A program made the position numbers and the translations under genes. Shown piece by piece: positions 38,774-51,447 of a DNA stretch of 64,000 nt; position 1 is the first letter of the stretch; the number at the start of each line of letters is the position of its first letter. The DNA is from Felis catus. Lineage: Eukaryota. The stretch covers positions 25,918,001 through 25,982,000 of the forward strand of contig NC_058383.1 in the NCBI RefSeq assembly GCF_018350175.1, written 5' to 3'. The notes under the pieces are model-generated. The model did no database searches. It worked only from the letters and a program-made list of their open reading frames with translations, and was not told the DNA's origin.

Positions 38774-39898
38774 CTGGAATGCAAAAACAATACCCATCAG
38801 CCCCGCTGTTTCTTCGGATCCGTTACAGCAGCAGGAGTCCTGAGATAGGAGAACGTTACAATGGAGCAGAAAGCGTGCCCTACCCAGTTCTCCTGGGTCT
38901 TTCCTTCCACTTATTAATACACAATCCGTGACGGTGAGAGCTTACACACGAGACTTTCTAAATGATGCTCAGAGTGCTTTACACATATCAGGTCACCTCA
39001 TCGCCCCAATAGCCCTCCACGATACATACTTGCATTTTACTCTTTGATAGATGTGGAGACCAAGGCCCAGAGATGGTAAGGGCACACCGCAGGCAAATGT
39101 GAGAGCTGCAGTTCGACTCAGGCTGTCTGGCTCCACAGCCTACGTTCTTAGCCACCGCCTCTAACACAAGCCAGAGATTCTTGGTATACCCGCCAGTAAC
39201 TATGACGATATGGTGGGGAATTCCAGATGATTTAGAAGCCTACAACTGTAATGTGGCATGTGATCCAAGTTTGTGCTCTGCGTATCACCTGGGCCAGACC
39301 TGAAGGTACACCAAGCGGCAAGGTGAGAAACCTGCCAGTTAGACTGACAGCTCAATACTCCCTCCAAGACTTGAGTCGTCTTGCAGCAAAACTACCAGTT
39401 TCCCCCATTATCTGTGCTGTTCCTCTTCAGTAAGAGGCCTGGCCCTTTCCTGCTGGGCACACAGCCATCCCCACAGCTAGGTATGGCCACGCAACCAGCT
39501 TCTGGTCCCAGGATAGGAACAGTAGTGCAACTTCTAGGAAATGTCTTGAAGGGAACACCTCCACTCCTTCTTTCCTTCTGTCCGTCCTGCTGGATGGAAT
39601 GCCACTGCGAGGCCACAACCTGCATCACGACCTCGAGCCATGAGAGCGACAGGACACAAGTCAGGATCCTTGGCACCAGGCTGGCTGCCCCACCAGCCCT
39701 GACCTTGTTATTATTATTTTGAGTTTTCTGGAACTGGCACCCAAGCCTAGTCTTGACATGCATCTTAGTAAGGAATGGAAGAGAGTAGGGAACAAGGAAA
39801 ACAATCAAAAACAACCTCTCCCCCCCCCACCCACCGCCCGCCCCACAAACTCATCATGTGGCACTGGCTTCTTCTAGAGGCAGAAGTTATTTCTTTTA

Positions 39899-40062
39899 GG
39901 GGCACCTGGGTGGTTCAGTTGGTTGAAAATCTGACTTCTGATTTTGGCTCAGATCATGATCTCAAGGTTCATGAGTTTGAGTCCCATGTCGGGCTCTGTG
40001 CTGACAGAGAGATTCTCCCTCTCCCCACCTCCCCTCTTCTCTCTCTCAAAATAAACTTAAAA
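39899..40062 (+). mobile_element. CAN-SINE
   Basis: Head plus shortened body. Confidence 0.9.
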
Positions 40063-40148
40063 TATATGATTTCTTCAAAATGATTTCCACATATTAGATC
40101 CCTATCCCACTGCTGGATATGCTTTATGCTTTTAATATTTAATCAAAA

Positions 40149-40262
40149 GGGGGGCCGCGTGGCTGGCTCAGTCGGTAGAGTGTGTAACCCTTGATTGGGA
40201 GGTGGGAGCTGGACCCCCATGAGTGGTGTAAAGTTTACTAAATAAATACATAAATAAATAAG
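40149..40262 (+). mobile_element. Short, older CAN-SINE
   Basis: tggctggctcagtcggtagag tRNA-like head; TSD aatcaaaa(a)ggg. Confidence 0.8.
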
Positions 40263-41062
40263 ATTCAATCAAAAAGGGAGAAGTTAATCACTTTAGAATA
40301 CAGCAAACGAACCCTAGCTTGCTGCCCTAATGCGCTGGGCACAGAATCACTTTCTGTCCCTGATTCTGCTTTCTGCAACTGAGTGGCACACGATTAGGGT
40401 GATCAAAATTCTGATAGAATCAGCAAAAAAATAAACCTCTAGGTACTTCGCCAGCAGAGAACAGTCACAACTCACAACTGCAGATATTCTGAAACTGCAA
40501 TCTCAAGTATTTAACTATTTTTGGACACCATGGAATGCTTCATTCATTCAAGAACTATTCTCAGTGCCGTTTCCAGAGGGAAGGGAAATTACCATTTTCC
40601 CTTTCCTGCCCTGAACCCGTGCACTTTAAGTAACTTTTCAAGTTCCAAGAGATCCAGACAGGAAAAGATAAGGGATATTCCTAAATTCATTTGTCAATCA
40701 GGCTCTGTGGAAAAAGGAGGGGTGGGATTCATTTCCCTTCATATGACCGACTGAATCATGGGACCTGAAACCCAAAAACAAAAATAAGTCTCTGCAGTCA
40801 ACTAATAAAAACCCCTCACTCTACAGTTGAGGGAAAGGAGATCCAGAAAAGAGCTTCACCATAAGCCATTACCTACCAGCCCTGGCAAGAGCTGTCTCTG
40901 GTGAAGCCCAGGGCTGGACAATGGAGACCTCAGAGGCACAGAAAGGCAAGCTGTCCTGCATGTCCACATTGACTGCAAGCTATACAATCGTCTGCAAATG
41001 CCAGTACAAAGAAATTAAGAAAAAACTATGTTATGCAGAACTTTAAAATCCTATAGTGAAGT

Positions 41063-41158
41063 GTGGCCCTGGCAGGCTCAGTCAGTAGAGCATGTGACTC
41101 TTGACCTTGGGTCCAAGCCCCACCCTAAGTATAGTGTTGACTTACTTAATAAATAAAA
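41063..41158 (+). mobile_element. Short, older CAN-SINE
   Basis: ggctcagtcagtagagcatgtgactcttga. Confidence 0.75.
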
Positions 41159-41399
41159 CCTTGTAGCAAAGTAGATCTTGCATTCCTAGACTTCATTTGC
41201 TCACCACAAATGTTTTAAGAACGAACTCAAAGCAGGAGTCTAGCCTCTGAGGAGGTGACAATACACAAGACAGACCCTGTCCTCATGAAACTTAGATTCC
41301 AGTGGCGGCAAAAACATAATGGGGAAAAAAAAATAAGCAAGCAAGCAAACATATCAGGTAATAGTCAATACCATGAAAGATATAAAACTAAGTATTAGA

Positions 41400-41636
41400 G
41401 GGGCGCCTGGGTGGCGCAGTCGGTTAAGCGTCCGACTTCAGCCAGGTCACGATCTCGTGGTCCGGGAGTTCGAGCCCCGCGTCGGGCTCTGTGCTGATGA
41501 TGGCTCAGAGCCTGGAGCCTGTTTCCGATTCTGTGTCTCCCTCTCTCTCTGCCCCTCCCCCGTTCATGCTCTGTCTCTCTCTGTCCCAAAAATAAAATAA
41601 ACATTGGAAAAAAAAATAAAAAAAAAAAAAAACAAC
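41400..41636 (+). mobile_element. Young CAN-SINE (SINEC_Fc)
   Basis: Exact TSD aaaactaagtattaga. Confidence 0.97.
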
Positions 41637-41937
41637 AAAACTAAGTATTAGATTAGAGAGTGACTTAGGGGTGCAGACTCATTAGGGTGGTCAGAGAAGG
41701 TTCTGCCAGAGTGGCATTTGAGCTGAGCCCTGAATTATATAAAAAGGAGCCCGCCATGTTTAAATGTGGATGGAATATATTCCAGAAAGAGGAAACATCA
41801 AGGGCAAAGGCCCTGAGGTAGATATGGTGTCTGGGAGGTCAAAGAAGAAAAAAGCAAGCCAATGTGGCGAGCAGGAAGAGGAGCAGCAGGCATTACAAGC
41901 CAGGTCACACTGGTTACAGCCTTGGTGAGCAGTCAGG

Positions 41938-42087
41938 TTTTTTTTGTTTTTTCCTCTTTTTTTTTCTTTCTTTCTCTCTTTATTTAGAGAGAGAGACGGC
42001 ATGAGCCAGGGGAGAGGGGGAAGGAGAGAGGGAGGGAGAAGGAGAAAGAGAAAGAGGGATGGAGAAAGGGGGGGGGGAGGGGGAGGG

Positions 42088-42143
<56 letters not shown>

Positions 42144-42274
42144 ACCCCAAGTAGGTTCTGCACTGTCAGAGCAGAGCCCAATGCAGGGCTCAAGCTCACG
42201 AAACTGTGAGATCAGGACCTGAGCCGAAATCAAGAGTCATACCAATTTAACCAACTGAGCCACCCAGGTGCCCC
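41938..42274 (-). mobile_element. CAN-SINE with expanded purine tract
   Basis: ~130-nt G/A tract 42008-42139. Confidence 0.93.
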
Positions 42275-43569
42275 AGGAGTCAGAGATTTTCAAGGTGCAA
42301 CGGAAAGTCCATGAAGGAGGTCTAAGCAGAGGAAGAGCTTAACGGGGCACCATTTATACTTTAGCACTTGAGCTGAGACACGGAGAATGAATTCAGAATT
42401 TGGAAATCAATTCAGAGACTTCAATGTAACAAAGAGCAGAGAGTCTCCTTTCTGGTTCCCACTTATTTTTCTTTTATGGTGCTTCTTCCTTCAACCCTGA
42501 ACTTCTGTGGATATTTCAGGAGGAGGGAGGAGTCTAGTTCTCTTTAATTTGCCAAGTCTCTACCCTAGCAGCAAGAGGTCTCTTTACATAACAGTGTTTA
42601 TAGGGATGTCATCTTGGTACCGGCCTCCAAGGCCAGGTCAGTTAAGGACTCTGCTTACCCAGATGCAGCCTTCGGGGAAAAACCGAAGATGGGGATGCCC
42701 ACAGCTGACGAGAACCACAATGCGATAAACCCAAGTTATTTCTCCCAAGATGGAAATAAAGTTCCTTTATCACTTTGAGTAGATGGTCTCTCCGTGAATG
42801 TGCTGGATTAAGAAATGTTGGGGGGAAAACCACCCCATCTAGTAGTACATACTTTCCATGACCCCAAAGGACACCAGCATCCTCCTCAACTCCTAAGAGG
42901 TACGCCTTAGTTAAAATTCCGGAAGGTGAAGGGCTCAAAAGTGAAATTCACCAGTCAGAACTTGATTCAAATGGAAAGAATGAGTACACATGCCACCAGA
43001 TTTCTCTCTGCACATAATCTCTTTGGGCAGAATTCTGCACAGTAGATTTGAAAAGCTTTCTGCATAATTATTGTTAAAAGACATCCCCAAGATCACTGAC
43101 ATTTTTGAGAGAGATTTGCCCTTCTCTTTCAGGTTCTTGGAACCACAGAACACTACATGCAGATGAAGATTTTAACTGAAAGAAAAAATAAATAAATGAA
43201 GAAATTACTTGCAGAAAGCAAAAACCTGGTTTGCATTGCTAAAGGTAAAAAAAAAACAAAAAGGTATTGAGGAAGGAAGAGTTTTTAGTGATGTAAGTGC
43301 TAATTAATAAATTTAGACAAGGACTGAAAAAGAATAGGACAATAGCCTTTCATCTTGAACTTCTACGGTTTAGGGAGGGAGGAAGTTGTTAATAACTTTT
43401 CACGAATTGGCTCTAAAATGTTATTTGTATACTTAGAAAATTGGGAAGAAGGAAAATTACTGTAGTAGATGCAAACTCAAATACCTCTAGGGATTAGACA
43501 AGTAACATCTATGTTCTTAAAGGGTTAGGTGTACCATACAGGGTAGCAGAACATGTACCAAAAAGCATT

Positions 43570-43782
43570 TTCTTTTTCTTTCTTTTTTTTTTTTTTACTG
43601 TATACTTGTTTTTGAGAGAGAGTGCGAGTGGGGTAGGGACAGAGAGAGAGGGAGACAGAGGATCCAAAGCAGGCTCTGTGCTGAGGGCAGAGAGCCCGAT
43701 GCGGGGCTGGAACTCACAAACTGTGAGATCATGACCTAAGCCAAAGTGGGACGCTTAACCGACTGAGCCACCCCAGTGCCCC
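43570..43782 (-). mobile_element. CAN-SINE
   Basis: Near-TSD taccaaaaa..atttt. Confidence 0.95.
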
Positions 43783-43813
43783 TACCAAAAATTATTTTTA
43801 AAAATACTGTTGT

Positions 43814-43920
43814 GGGGGCGCCTGGCTGGCTCAGTCAGCAGAGCGTGTGACTCTTCATCTCAGGGTTCTGAGTTTGAGCCCGACATTGAGTAGAGAGATT
43901 ACTTAAAAATAAAATCTTAA
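43814..43920 (+). mobile_element. Short, older CAN-SINE (host of nested insertions)
   Basis: ggggcgcctggctggctcagtcagcagagcgtgtgactct. Confidence 0.85.
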
Positions 43921-43921
43921 C

Positions 43922-44138
43922 GGGTGCCTGGGGGGCTCAGTTGGTGAAACGTTCCACTTTGCCTCAGGTCGTGATCCTGCAGTTCCTGTGTTCGAGCTCA
44001 GTATTGCGGTCTGTGCTGACAGCTCAGAGCCTGGAGCCTGCTTCAGATTCTGTGTCTCCCTCTCTCTGCCCCTCCCCTACACGTACTCAGTCTCTCTCTC
44101 AAAAATAAATAAACATTTGAAGCAGTTTTTTTAGGAAA
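43922..44138 (+). mobile_element. CAN-SINE
   Basis: Exact TSD aaaaataaaatcttaa. Confidence 0.94.
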
Positions 44139-44159
44139 AAAAATAAAATCTTAAAAAGA

Positions 44160-44345
44160 ATTGTTTTTAATGTTCATTTTTGACAGGGGTAGGGAAAGAG
44201 AGGGAGGGAGACAGAATCCAAAGCAAGAGCCAGGCTCTGAGCTGTCAGCCACAGAGCCTGATGTGGGGCTCGAACTCACCAATGGTGAGATCATGACCTG
44301 AGCGGAAGTCAGATGCTTAAGTGACTGAGCCACCCAGGCGCCCCA
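44160..44345 (-). mobile_element. CAN-SINE
   Basis: Tail-to-tail with the previous SINE. Confidence 0.94.
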
Positions 44346-44712
44346 AAAATAAAATAAAGTCTTAAAAAAAAAATACTACTCTCGCCAAAGAACACGTCTA
44401 TTTGGGTTTAATTCTGCCTACAAGCGTGCATCGGTCGCTGCTGGTATAGTGTACAAGTTGGCAAGTATCAATTAAGTAAGTGCACCCACATTTCCCAAAT
44501 CCTTAAAGTTGACCGAGAAGGCCTTTGCACTCTGGCTGGCCCCTGCCTACCTCTCCAGGCTCACCACCTCCCAATCTTGAGACACCCTAGAATATGGGAA
44601 GAGCTGATAAAAACATACAGCTGTGATGTGGTGAAGGGGAGGGTCTAAAACGGCACCTTGCAATGGAAATATCATGTAAGCCATGTTCCAAGAGATAAAA
44701 CAAGTGAAATTT

Positions 44713-44943
44713 AAAAAAAAAAATTTTTTTTTAATGTTTATTTATTTTTGAGAGAGAGAGAGAGAGAGAGAGCACGCATGAGCAAGGGGAGGGGCAAAGA
44801 GAGAGGGAGACACAGAATTGGAAACAGACTCCAGGCTCTGAGCTGTCAGCATAGAGCCAGATGCGGGGCTCAAACTCACAAACCGTGAGATATGACCTGA
44901 GCTGAAGTCGGACGCTTAACCGACTGAGCCACCCAGGTGCCCC
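44713..44943 (-). mobile_element. CAN-SINE
   Basis: TSD aaaacaagtgaaattt. Confidence 0.96.
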
Positions 44944-45092
44944 AAAACAAGTGAAATTTTAATACAATACTTCATTTAACCCAATTCATCCAAAATGTCA
45001 TTTCAACATGTCATCAATTTAAAAAAATCATTAGTGAGATACTTCCTGGTCTTTTGTTTGTATTAAGTCTCTGAAATCCAGTGTATTTTTCT

Positions 45093-45268
45093 GTTAATGC
45101 TTAGCTATTTATTTTCAGAGAAAGAGAAGCAGAGTGATTCCCATGCAGGCTCCAAGCTGTCTGCACAGAGCCCGACACAGGGCTCAATCTCACAAACTGC
45201 GGTATCATGACCTGAGCCAAAATCCAGAGTCAGTTGCTTAACCAAGACTGAGCCATCCAGGCGCCCCC
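45093..45268 (-). mobile_element. CAN-SINE
   Basis: Head ends at 45268, short GA tract. Confidence 0.9.
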
Positions 45269-45936
45269 AAGTGTACTGTTAATATACACGGCATGCCTCA
45301 GTTTGGACTGGCCAGGTCTCAAGTGCCCCATGTGACCCGTGGCCACCATCTTGGACAGCGCAGATTCAGCATAAGAGCAAGGCTCCCACTAGCTGGCGGC
45401 AGGGCCGCATGCAAGTCCCTGGCTCTTCCCCGTGGGTTTGATCATCTGACACAAGATGACTCTTAGAACCCCACAGGTCTTTTCTTCCTGAGAAATAACT
45501 GCATTAAATCATTTTAAAATAACAGATAACACAGACAGATGAAAGAAAGGATAAGTGAGCAGGTCAATTATGGGTTGCTGTCACTAATGCTATCATCTGG
45601 CTGAGACCAGACAGAGTTGGAGCAGGCTCGTTATCTTAATTTGTATGGATGAGAAGGTTTCCTTACAGCGGCTCTAAAAACATTTATGTGATAAGAGAGG
45701 TTCATAATCAAGTTGTCCCATTATAACCTCCTGAGAATGTAAAATGGATTGGCAATAAATTTAATGCAAACATCACTTAAGCACCAATTGTAAATTCAAA
45801 GCATCTGTAATTATTGATTTATTTGTCATTGTTCTTTAATATATATAAACTTGGTTTCTGCAAGTTGCTTCTTGGGAACATTATGTAGGAAAAAATGCCA
45901 AGCAGCAAAGGAATTCAAGTTGCTATAAAAGTTCAG

Positions 45937-46154
45937 CTGGGTGGCTCAGTCGGTTAGCGCCTAACTCTTGACTTCAGCTCAGGTTGTAGTCTCACAGTTC
46001 ATGGGATCAAGCCCTCTGACTCTGTGCTGACAACACAGAGCCTGCTTGGGATTCTCCCACTCCTCTCTCTCTGCTCCTACCCCACATGCATGTGCTAGCA
46101 CACTCTTTCTCTCTCTCTCAAAATAAACACTAAAAAAAAAAAAAAAAAAAAAAA
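45937..46154 (+). mobile_element. CAN-SINE
   Basis: Slightly 5'-truncated, long A tail. Confidence 0.92.
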
Positions 46155-46417
46155 TCACTTAAATCTAGATGTAATACCTTTTCAGTCTCCTAGATTCAAA
46201 TTACTTGCCCAAAATTCTTAGTTGGGCCATTTGAAAACCTTCTAGTGTTTTTAGGAAACGGAGATGGTCAGAAATCTGTAGAGGTGTTTTTTTCTACTTT
46301 TAACACATCAAACACAAAAGAAATCTTATACTGAGTTCAGTAAATCCTGACTTGATGTAAGCCTTCTAATCACAACTCCAGGGCAGAATGACAGAGGCAG
46401 AAGAGCTTCAACATCAC

Positions 46418-46477
46418 CTGGTAAGACGCTGCGGTTATCCACACACATGGAGAAGATGCGCTCGTACACGAGCTTTC
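46418..46477 (-). CDS. VPS35L: VPS35L coding exon (~exon 9), 60 nt
   Basis: cccag|GA AAG...CCA G|gtgatg; (G)KLVYERIFSMCVDNRSVLP. Confidence 0.96.
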
Positions 46478-46600
46478 CTGGGGAGAGAAGGACATAAGGG
46501 GTTAGCATCGCGCTCCTCAGGAGCAAACACGAAATAAACATTTGTTAATTAGGGGCACAGAGATGGCATCGCCCAGAGCGCTTCAATTCGTGATAATATG

Positions 46601-46614
46601 CTGCCACCTAGTGG
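46601..46614 (-). promoter_or_regulatory. CTCF core motif
   Basis: CCACTAGGTGGCAG matches CCASYAGRKGGCRS without mismatch. Confidence 0.7.
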
Positions 46615-47234
46615 GACAAACGTTGAGCCCCATTTCTTTTTGTTTTCAATAAAATGAGGGAGGCTTTTTACTTTCTGAGATCCAGGAAAGTAATCCTTCT
46701 CCCCTTAGAGAGGGAAATGTAGGGCCAAAGGGACCTTAGGCACCTCCATTCACTCGATAAATAGGCAACAGTCCACGTTTTATTTCTAAGGCAGAGGCTG
46801 CATGCAAATGGGCAGCCAGGGATCCATTCCATTTGGCCCACAACACAAAGTGCTGTAACATTTTTTAATTAGTTGCCAACAGGTAAAAACTTTCATTTAC
46901 ATGAAAAACCCGATTTCCTGCCTCTTTGCAAATGATCTACCAAAAATGGCCCACATCCCTATAGGATAAAAATGAGCTAAAACAGATTAGCAGCTGCCCC
47001 TTCAAATGGTGTATACACTACCCAGTTTGCCCCAGTCTCCACCACTCTGTGCCTCTCAGCAACTGCCTGCTTCACTCATTTATGTGATCTGCCCGTTTGA
47101 CATTCAACTACCGAGTGCTACGAGAGTAGAAATCTGTGTCTGTTTTGTTCATGGGTATATCCCCAGGACTAGATGAGTGCCTGGCATACTGTCGAGGCTC
47201 CATTTTTCTTAGATGCATAAATGAATGTATTTCA

Positions 47235-47400
47235 GGTGATGTGGGTCACAGGTCTGCTGCGACTATTCAAATCTGTTGTCGCTCAAAAGCGATCACAGAC
47301 AATGTTCCAACAGCTGTGGTTGTGTTTCAATAATAATAAAACTTTACTCACAAAAACAAGTGGGCAGGGTAGACTTAGTCTACAAGCCACCCCCTAATCT
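47235..47400. mobile_element. MER58A-like fragment
   Basis: aataaaactttactcacaaaaacaag. Confidence 0.6.
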
Positions 47401-48103
47401 AGCACTAAAAGCTTTATTTATTCTGTGTATTTTGGAAAATGCTATCCATATCCAAGGGATAAAAATTACACTTCTATTCATTTCCCAGAGACTCCCAAAT
47501 CACCTTTAATGTTCAAAGTATTTCCCTGAGTTCATGTGTTTGTTTTTTTACACACCCCCCCCCCCATAACCCTGTTGTTCAGGGCACCAAAGAACCACAC
47601 ATCCTGTCCATACACGGAAAAAGAGACAGGAAGTTCTAAGAACATGAAATCCAATGACTTCACCAAGAAATGACACAAGGCTAAGATGAAGGGCAGGAAG
47701 CCAACCAAACGGAGAGGAGCCATCTAGGTGGCTCTCCCAGTGTGGACTACTTACGATATAATCACATAAAGACACCTGTTGAAAATCACATTCCTGGGGC
47801 TCACCTCAGAGCTAGTGAAAAATAGTATTTTAGGGGGTGAAGACTAGCAATATGAATCTTGAATAACCTTGCTAGGGAATTCTTGTATACACCACGTGTA
47901 AAAACCATGGATTTAGGCAAGCACGAGTCTACGAGCTATAACTTGTCTTGCGTATGGGAATCTCTAAAAACAGTGGCAAGCCTCCATCATCCCTCTAAAC
48001 CAGGGGTCTCCAACCTTGGCTAAACCTTCAAGCCACCTGGCATGTCTGAAAATAAGCTGATGTCTGTGTCTGTCCTCAGAGATTCTGATAAAAATGGTCT
48101 CTT

Positions 48104-48322
48104 GGGGGCGCCTGGGTGGCTCTGTCAGTTAAGGGACTGACTTCGGATCAGGTCATGATCTCCCGGTTCATGAAGTTCGAGCCCCGCGTTGGGTTCTATG
48201 CTGACAGTTCAGGGCCTGGAGCCTGCTTCAGATTCTGGGTCTCCCTCTCTCTCTGCACCTCCCCCATTCATGCTCTGTGTCTCTCTCAAAGATAAATAAA
48301 CCTTAAAAAAGAAAAAAAAAAA
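48104..48322 (+). mobile_element. CAN-SINE inserted in a MER5-like element
   Basis: Full element; flanks caggggtctccaaccttggc / ggtctgaggtgggg. Confidence 0.94.
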
Positions 48323-50129
48323 GGTCTGAGGTGGGGCTTGAACATTGGGCAAGTTTTTAAAGTTCCCCATCTTTGGTGTGTACCGTCAGTTCAACTGAGA
48401 AGGTCCCCGGAAACCTAGGGAATAAACCCTAGTTCTCAAAGCCGCCTTTTGCCTTCTGGCAGGAAGTGCTTTCCTTACGTGCGGCCCTGGGCTCCCGTGG
48501 CAGCCATACCTGGCACCAGGATGGGCTCCGCTGTGATGACCACAGAGCACGGCACTAAGGACTTCATATAATTTTACCCTGGGCCATCACACAGCAGGCC
48601 ATGCTGGACAGCTGTATAACTTCTCACCTCCTACGGTGCATGGACCAGATTTACGAGCACACAACACCTTTACTTTCTTCACAAAAAGCTTGCCACTCCT
48701 CCGAAACCACAAGTAATTGTTACGTTTCACATTCATATGCTAAGGGGCCTTTTAACTACTAAATCATTTTTGGCCAAGCGAGTTTGGTGAATTATTTTTT
48801 TCCTTTGTCTTGAGAAATAATACCCAATCCTAGATTGATTTCCCTTCTTGACTCACAATGTTCTCAGTAACACTAAAATGAATACAGTGAGAGCTGCTAA
48901 TGTTTTCTGAGCACTTACTCTGTACCAAGTACCGTTCAAAGTTGTCTATGCTGATCCTGCCAGGCAAGTTCTTAGAAGAGGAAAAACATTATATGCTTCC
49001 TATGCATTCTCTTAATTCTGTCCCAAACCCCCCCCCCCCCGAGACAGGGTCTATTATGCCATTTTACAGATGAAAAAAAACAAGGCTCAGGTACACATGA
49101 CTCTGGAAGAGGAGACGCAGGCATGGGACATGGGCAGATAGACTCCAGGGCCCGGCTCCGTGCTTGGTGCCTCCAGTGAAATCCCACTGGAAGGCCAGCA
49201 TGCGCCTTCTCGCTGCAGATGCTCAGGGCTGTGTCCCATATCCCTGCCCAGCAAGATGCCCCAACCTACAGCCGTCCAGGTCAACCACCAAGCACCTGCC
49301 CCCATACTGCCACGCACCTCCCTAAGGAGCAGTGTTAGGACGATGCTTCCAAGTGGATCTCAGCACTCCGATCTCCCACCTCTTTTGTAAAAGGCGAAAA
49401 CTGTCCATTATGTTGTGCCCACAGCACAACAGAGTCTCCTTCAGCACCTGCAGACACAGGCTGCCTCATAGTCCTGAGGAATATCATCCGTAACAGATCC
49501 TGACAAGGGCACCACTGGGAGCACGGTTCGGAAGCGGAGGAGGGAGAATAGTGTTGAAAGTCGGTACCTCATCTGAATGTTTGGTTTTAACAGGAAAAAA
49601 ACATTCCCCTGATTCAAAATTCAAATAAGGCTGTGGAAGGTACTGAGGGAAGGTTGTCTCTGGCCCATCCCTGTCCAACCTCACTGCCCCCGCCACCCTC
49701 TGAGGGCTCCCACTTTACTTAGTTTCTTGGACATCCTTCTAACGTTTCTTCAGGCAAATACAAGTCAATGTCAACAAGGTTTCCAGCGTCTCCTTCTTTC
49801 TTACACAAAAGAGAACATACTCTATTCTGCATCTTGACTTTCTCTCGTGATGACACATATACCCTGGAGATCCCTCCACAGCGGAAAACGGAGCACACCC
49901 TCCCTCTTTCTTATGGGTTTCCTACGCTCCAGCGTACAGATGGACCGTCATTTATTTAACTGGTCCCCTACCGATGGCCACCTGGGTTGTTGCTGGGCTT
50001 TGCTATCATAAATGGGATGAATTCCCAGCGGTGAGGTTGCTGGGTCAAACGTATACCCATTTGTAATTTTCACAGAGAGTAAAATCTCCCCTGTAAGCCA
50101 CATACAAGAGAAATAAAACAGGTCTTCGA

Positions 50130-50340
50130 CTGCAGAGAGAATTCACAGTCCCAGCTCTGCCGCTCACTCCCCTTGTGACCTTTGGCAAGCTGTGGCTCAC
50201 GCCCCTCATCTGTAAAATGGGGTTAATTACAGAACCCGCCTCACATGCTGTGATGACCAGGACGTGATTTATTATCTCTAAAGCACCCAGAATGGAGTCA
50301 GGACCAAGGACATTATTTGTTGAGGGTTGATCACTGCTAT
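50130..50340. mobile_element. MIR
   Basis: cctcatctgtaaaatggggttaat. Confidence 0.75.
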
Positions 50341-50910
50341 TATCAACTCTCGGCCCAGCTAATTTCTGGGATGCGGCAAGGACAGGCACCTGCACTGTAT
50401 CCTGAGCTTGCCAAGGCAGGAGACTGGGGTGCCACCATTGGAGGCTGGCAAAATGGTTGTGCAAAATTTTCACAAAGTTAATGTCCACATCCAGCTAGGC
50501 TTGTAGGTTAGAAACTGGTCCACTGGTGTCCCCGAGCTAGTGTCACTCAGGATGCTGACTCATGCAAAAGAAACTTGCAAGAGGCAGGTGAGGGAAACCA
50601 GAGGCCAGCATGTTAACTCACTGTGAGAACCAGACACAACCACCGACCCCTCTCCCTGACTGACGTCCTCACTCCTGAAAGCAGGCTGTGTAAGAGGACA
50701 AGGCAAGGCCCAAAAGTTGTATGACTTGGTATCTCTTCTGAGAGCCTAACTCACCCGTCCATTCTGAAAATCCATTCATTCTCTCCATCCCCACTGCCTC
50801 CTCGGCCGCATACCTCAAGTGCAGCAATGGCCTCCTAACCAGGCTCCCGGCCCTACCTCCGCCCTGCAGTCTAGTCTCAACAAGCAGCCACTAAAACAAA
50901 TACTGTCACA

Positions 50911-51099
50911 GGGCGTCTGGGTGGCTCAGTCGGTTAAGTGTCCAACTTCGGCTCAGGTCAGGAGTCTCACAGCTCTGGAGTTCGAGCCCGGTGTCGGGCT
51001 CTCTGCTGTCAGCATGGAGCCCGCTTCAGATCCTCTGTCTCCCTCTCTCTCTGCCCCTCCCTCTTCTGTCTTAAAAATTAACAAGCATTAACAAACAAA
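50911..51099 (+). mobile_element. CAN-SINE
   Basis: Head, CT tract, tail. Confidence 0.92.
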
Positions 51100-51447
51100 T
51101 CACATCACATTGCTTCTCTGCTTAACACCCCCCAGTGGTTCCTCAGAGTCAAAGCCCAAGCCCTTCCAATGACCTACAAGGCCCACCATGATCTCTGACC
51201 CATTCAGCTCCCATGCCACCACCCTGTACACCCCATTCCCAGCCACCCTGGCCTCTCCGTTCTCCAAACCTGTCAGTCACACTCCCACCCCAAGGCCTTT
51301 GCACCAGCGGTCCCTTGGCCTAATATGGCCGAATCCCTTCCATACCCAGAGAGAATGTGGCTCATCTCTCCTCTCCTCCAAGCACTTGCTCAAATAGCAA
51401 CTTCTAGCAGGGCCTCCTGTGACCACCCTATTTAAAATTGCAGTCTC

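Larger units (their letters stand above)
44650..45365. mobile_element. MER33/MER3-like hAT element interrupted by two SINEs
   Basis: gaaatatcatgtaagcca...caaaatgtcatttcaacatg...tggccaccatcttggacagcgcag. Confidence 0.7.

Noticed and set aside
40149..41158. tRNA-like heads (ggctcagtcggtagag)
   Set aside because: Followed by A-rich tails; short CAN-SINEs without an intact cloverleaf
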